From: Bdellovibrionota bacterium FG-2
GTDB lineage: Bacteria > Bdellovibrionota > UBA1018
Assembly: GCA_051382305.1 (NCBI GenBank)
Contig: JBBCAV010000313.1
Location: 1 to 16,141, forward strand
Length of the DNA: 16,141 bases
Direction of reading: 5' to 3'
The position numbers and the translations under genes are program-made. How positions within the stretch are numbered: position 1 is the stretch's first letter; every line of letters starts with the position of its first letter. Below, piece by piece: positions 15,618 to 16,141 of the stretch. Below the pieces are notes generated by a model. That model was given only the letters and a program-made list of their open reading frames with translations, did no database searches and was not told the DNA's origin.

Positions 15618-15900
15618 AGAACCGTATGCATTAACGGTGCACGTACGGGTCAGTGAGGGGCCAAGGGGAGCGATCCTCTTGGCCTACTCGGAAACCCCGT
15701 TTTTTCTCTCCGGCAATCCTAGGGAACCCCGGGGGTTGGCCTCTTGGGGGTTATGCGAACCTGGTTTTCACCTGAAATTCGGCCTTACTGAGACTCACTA
15801 AATCAAAAAGGGTCCGGGAACCGGACATTAGACAGGGGGCGAGGGCGTACTTTCGCCTGCGAGGACTATAATTTGAAGGTTAGTCCCGATGGGTGGACGG

Positions 15901-16140
15901 TCAGTAATCAGAAAAAAGGTCCATTTGCGGAGGTGCCCTTGCCGGATGAAACTTCGGCGGCTCCACCGGAAGCGCAAGGTGAGTTAGGATCTTCTCAACC
16001 ACAGCGCGCTCGACGATGGTTGCAATGAACGTTAAAGCCCCGCCGCAGTCGGGGCAACACTCTAAGTCAATATTGTACACCCTTTTAAGCAGCTCTGACC
16101 AACGCAGGCGTCTGGGGTCCTGGGGATGACACGGAACACT
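15901..16140 (-). CDS. C-terminal part of an IS91/ISCR-like rolling-circle transposase (runs off the window; not in the ORF track)
   Basis: Manual translation gives ...RRLRWSELLKRVYNIDLECCPDCGGALTFIATIVERAVVEKILTHLALPVEPPKFHPARAPPQMDLFSDY*. The W..LLKRV..ID...C..CGG...KIL.HL...PARAPP pattern is characteristic of ISCR-type transposase C-termini. Confidence 0.8.
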   Translation of the reverse strand, partial: SVPCHPQDPRRLRWSELLKRVYNIDLECCPDCGGALTFIATIVERAVVEKILTHLALPVEPPKFHPARAPPQMDLFSDY

Positions 16141-16141
16141 C

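Larger units (their letters stand above)
10215..15692 (+). mobile_element. Outer group II intron (bacterial class E-like), interrupted by an IS3 element and a second intron; ends are +/- 2 nt
   Basis: 5' region TGTCCCAGCTGGTGTGAGTCCAGC...GAAGCGTAGACAG...CAGGAACCTGGGA, an RT/maturase ORF, D5 at 15619-15651, and D6 GGCCAAGGGG...CCTCTTGGCC-TACTCGG. The class assignment is from recalled RNA and protein patterns. Confidence 0.85.

Overview
This window looks like a plasmid or mobile-element segment in three parts. (1) 421-10134 is a maintenance and accessory backbone. It has an HTH-ParA ATPase followed directly by a candidate replication initiator whose coding sequence carries about 22 phased 11-bp iteron-like repeats and a perfect 17-bp inverted repeat. 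It also has four apparently intact toxin-antitoxin-like pairs and one broken one, a serine resolvase, and two modules pairing a peptidoglycan-hydrolase-like gene with an exported partner. (2) About 10215-15692 is a nested element. A class E-like group II intron carries an IS3-family element (10445-12096, GTTT duplication) in its 5' RNA region. Its RT gene is split immediately after the YADD codons by a second, intact 1,900-nt class D-like group II intron (13140-15039). The inner intron's predicted EBS1/EBS2 sequences are complementary to the Y-A-D-D codons themselves. (3) 15901-16141 (minus strand) is the 3' end of an IS91/ISCR-like transposase, and the outer intron abuts its putative oriIS. 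All family assignments come from motif recognition by eye; no database searches were run.
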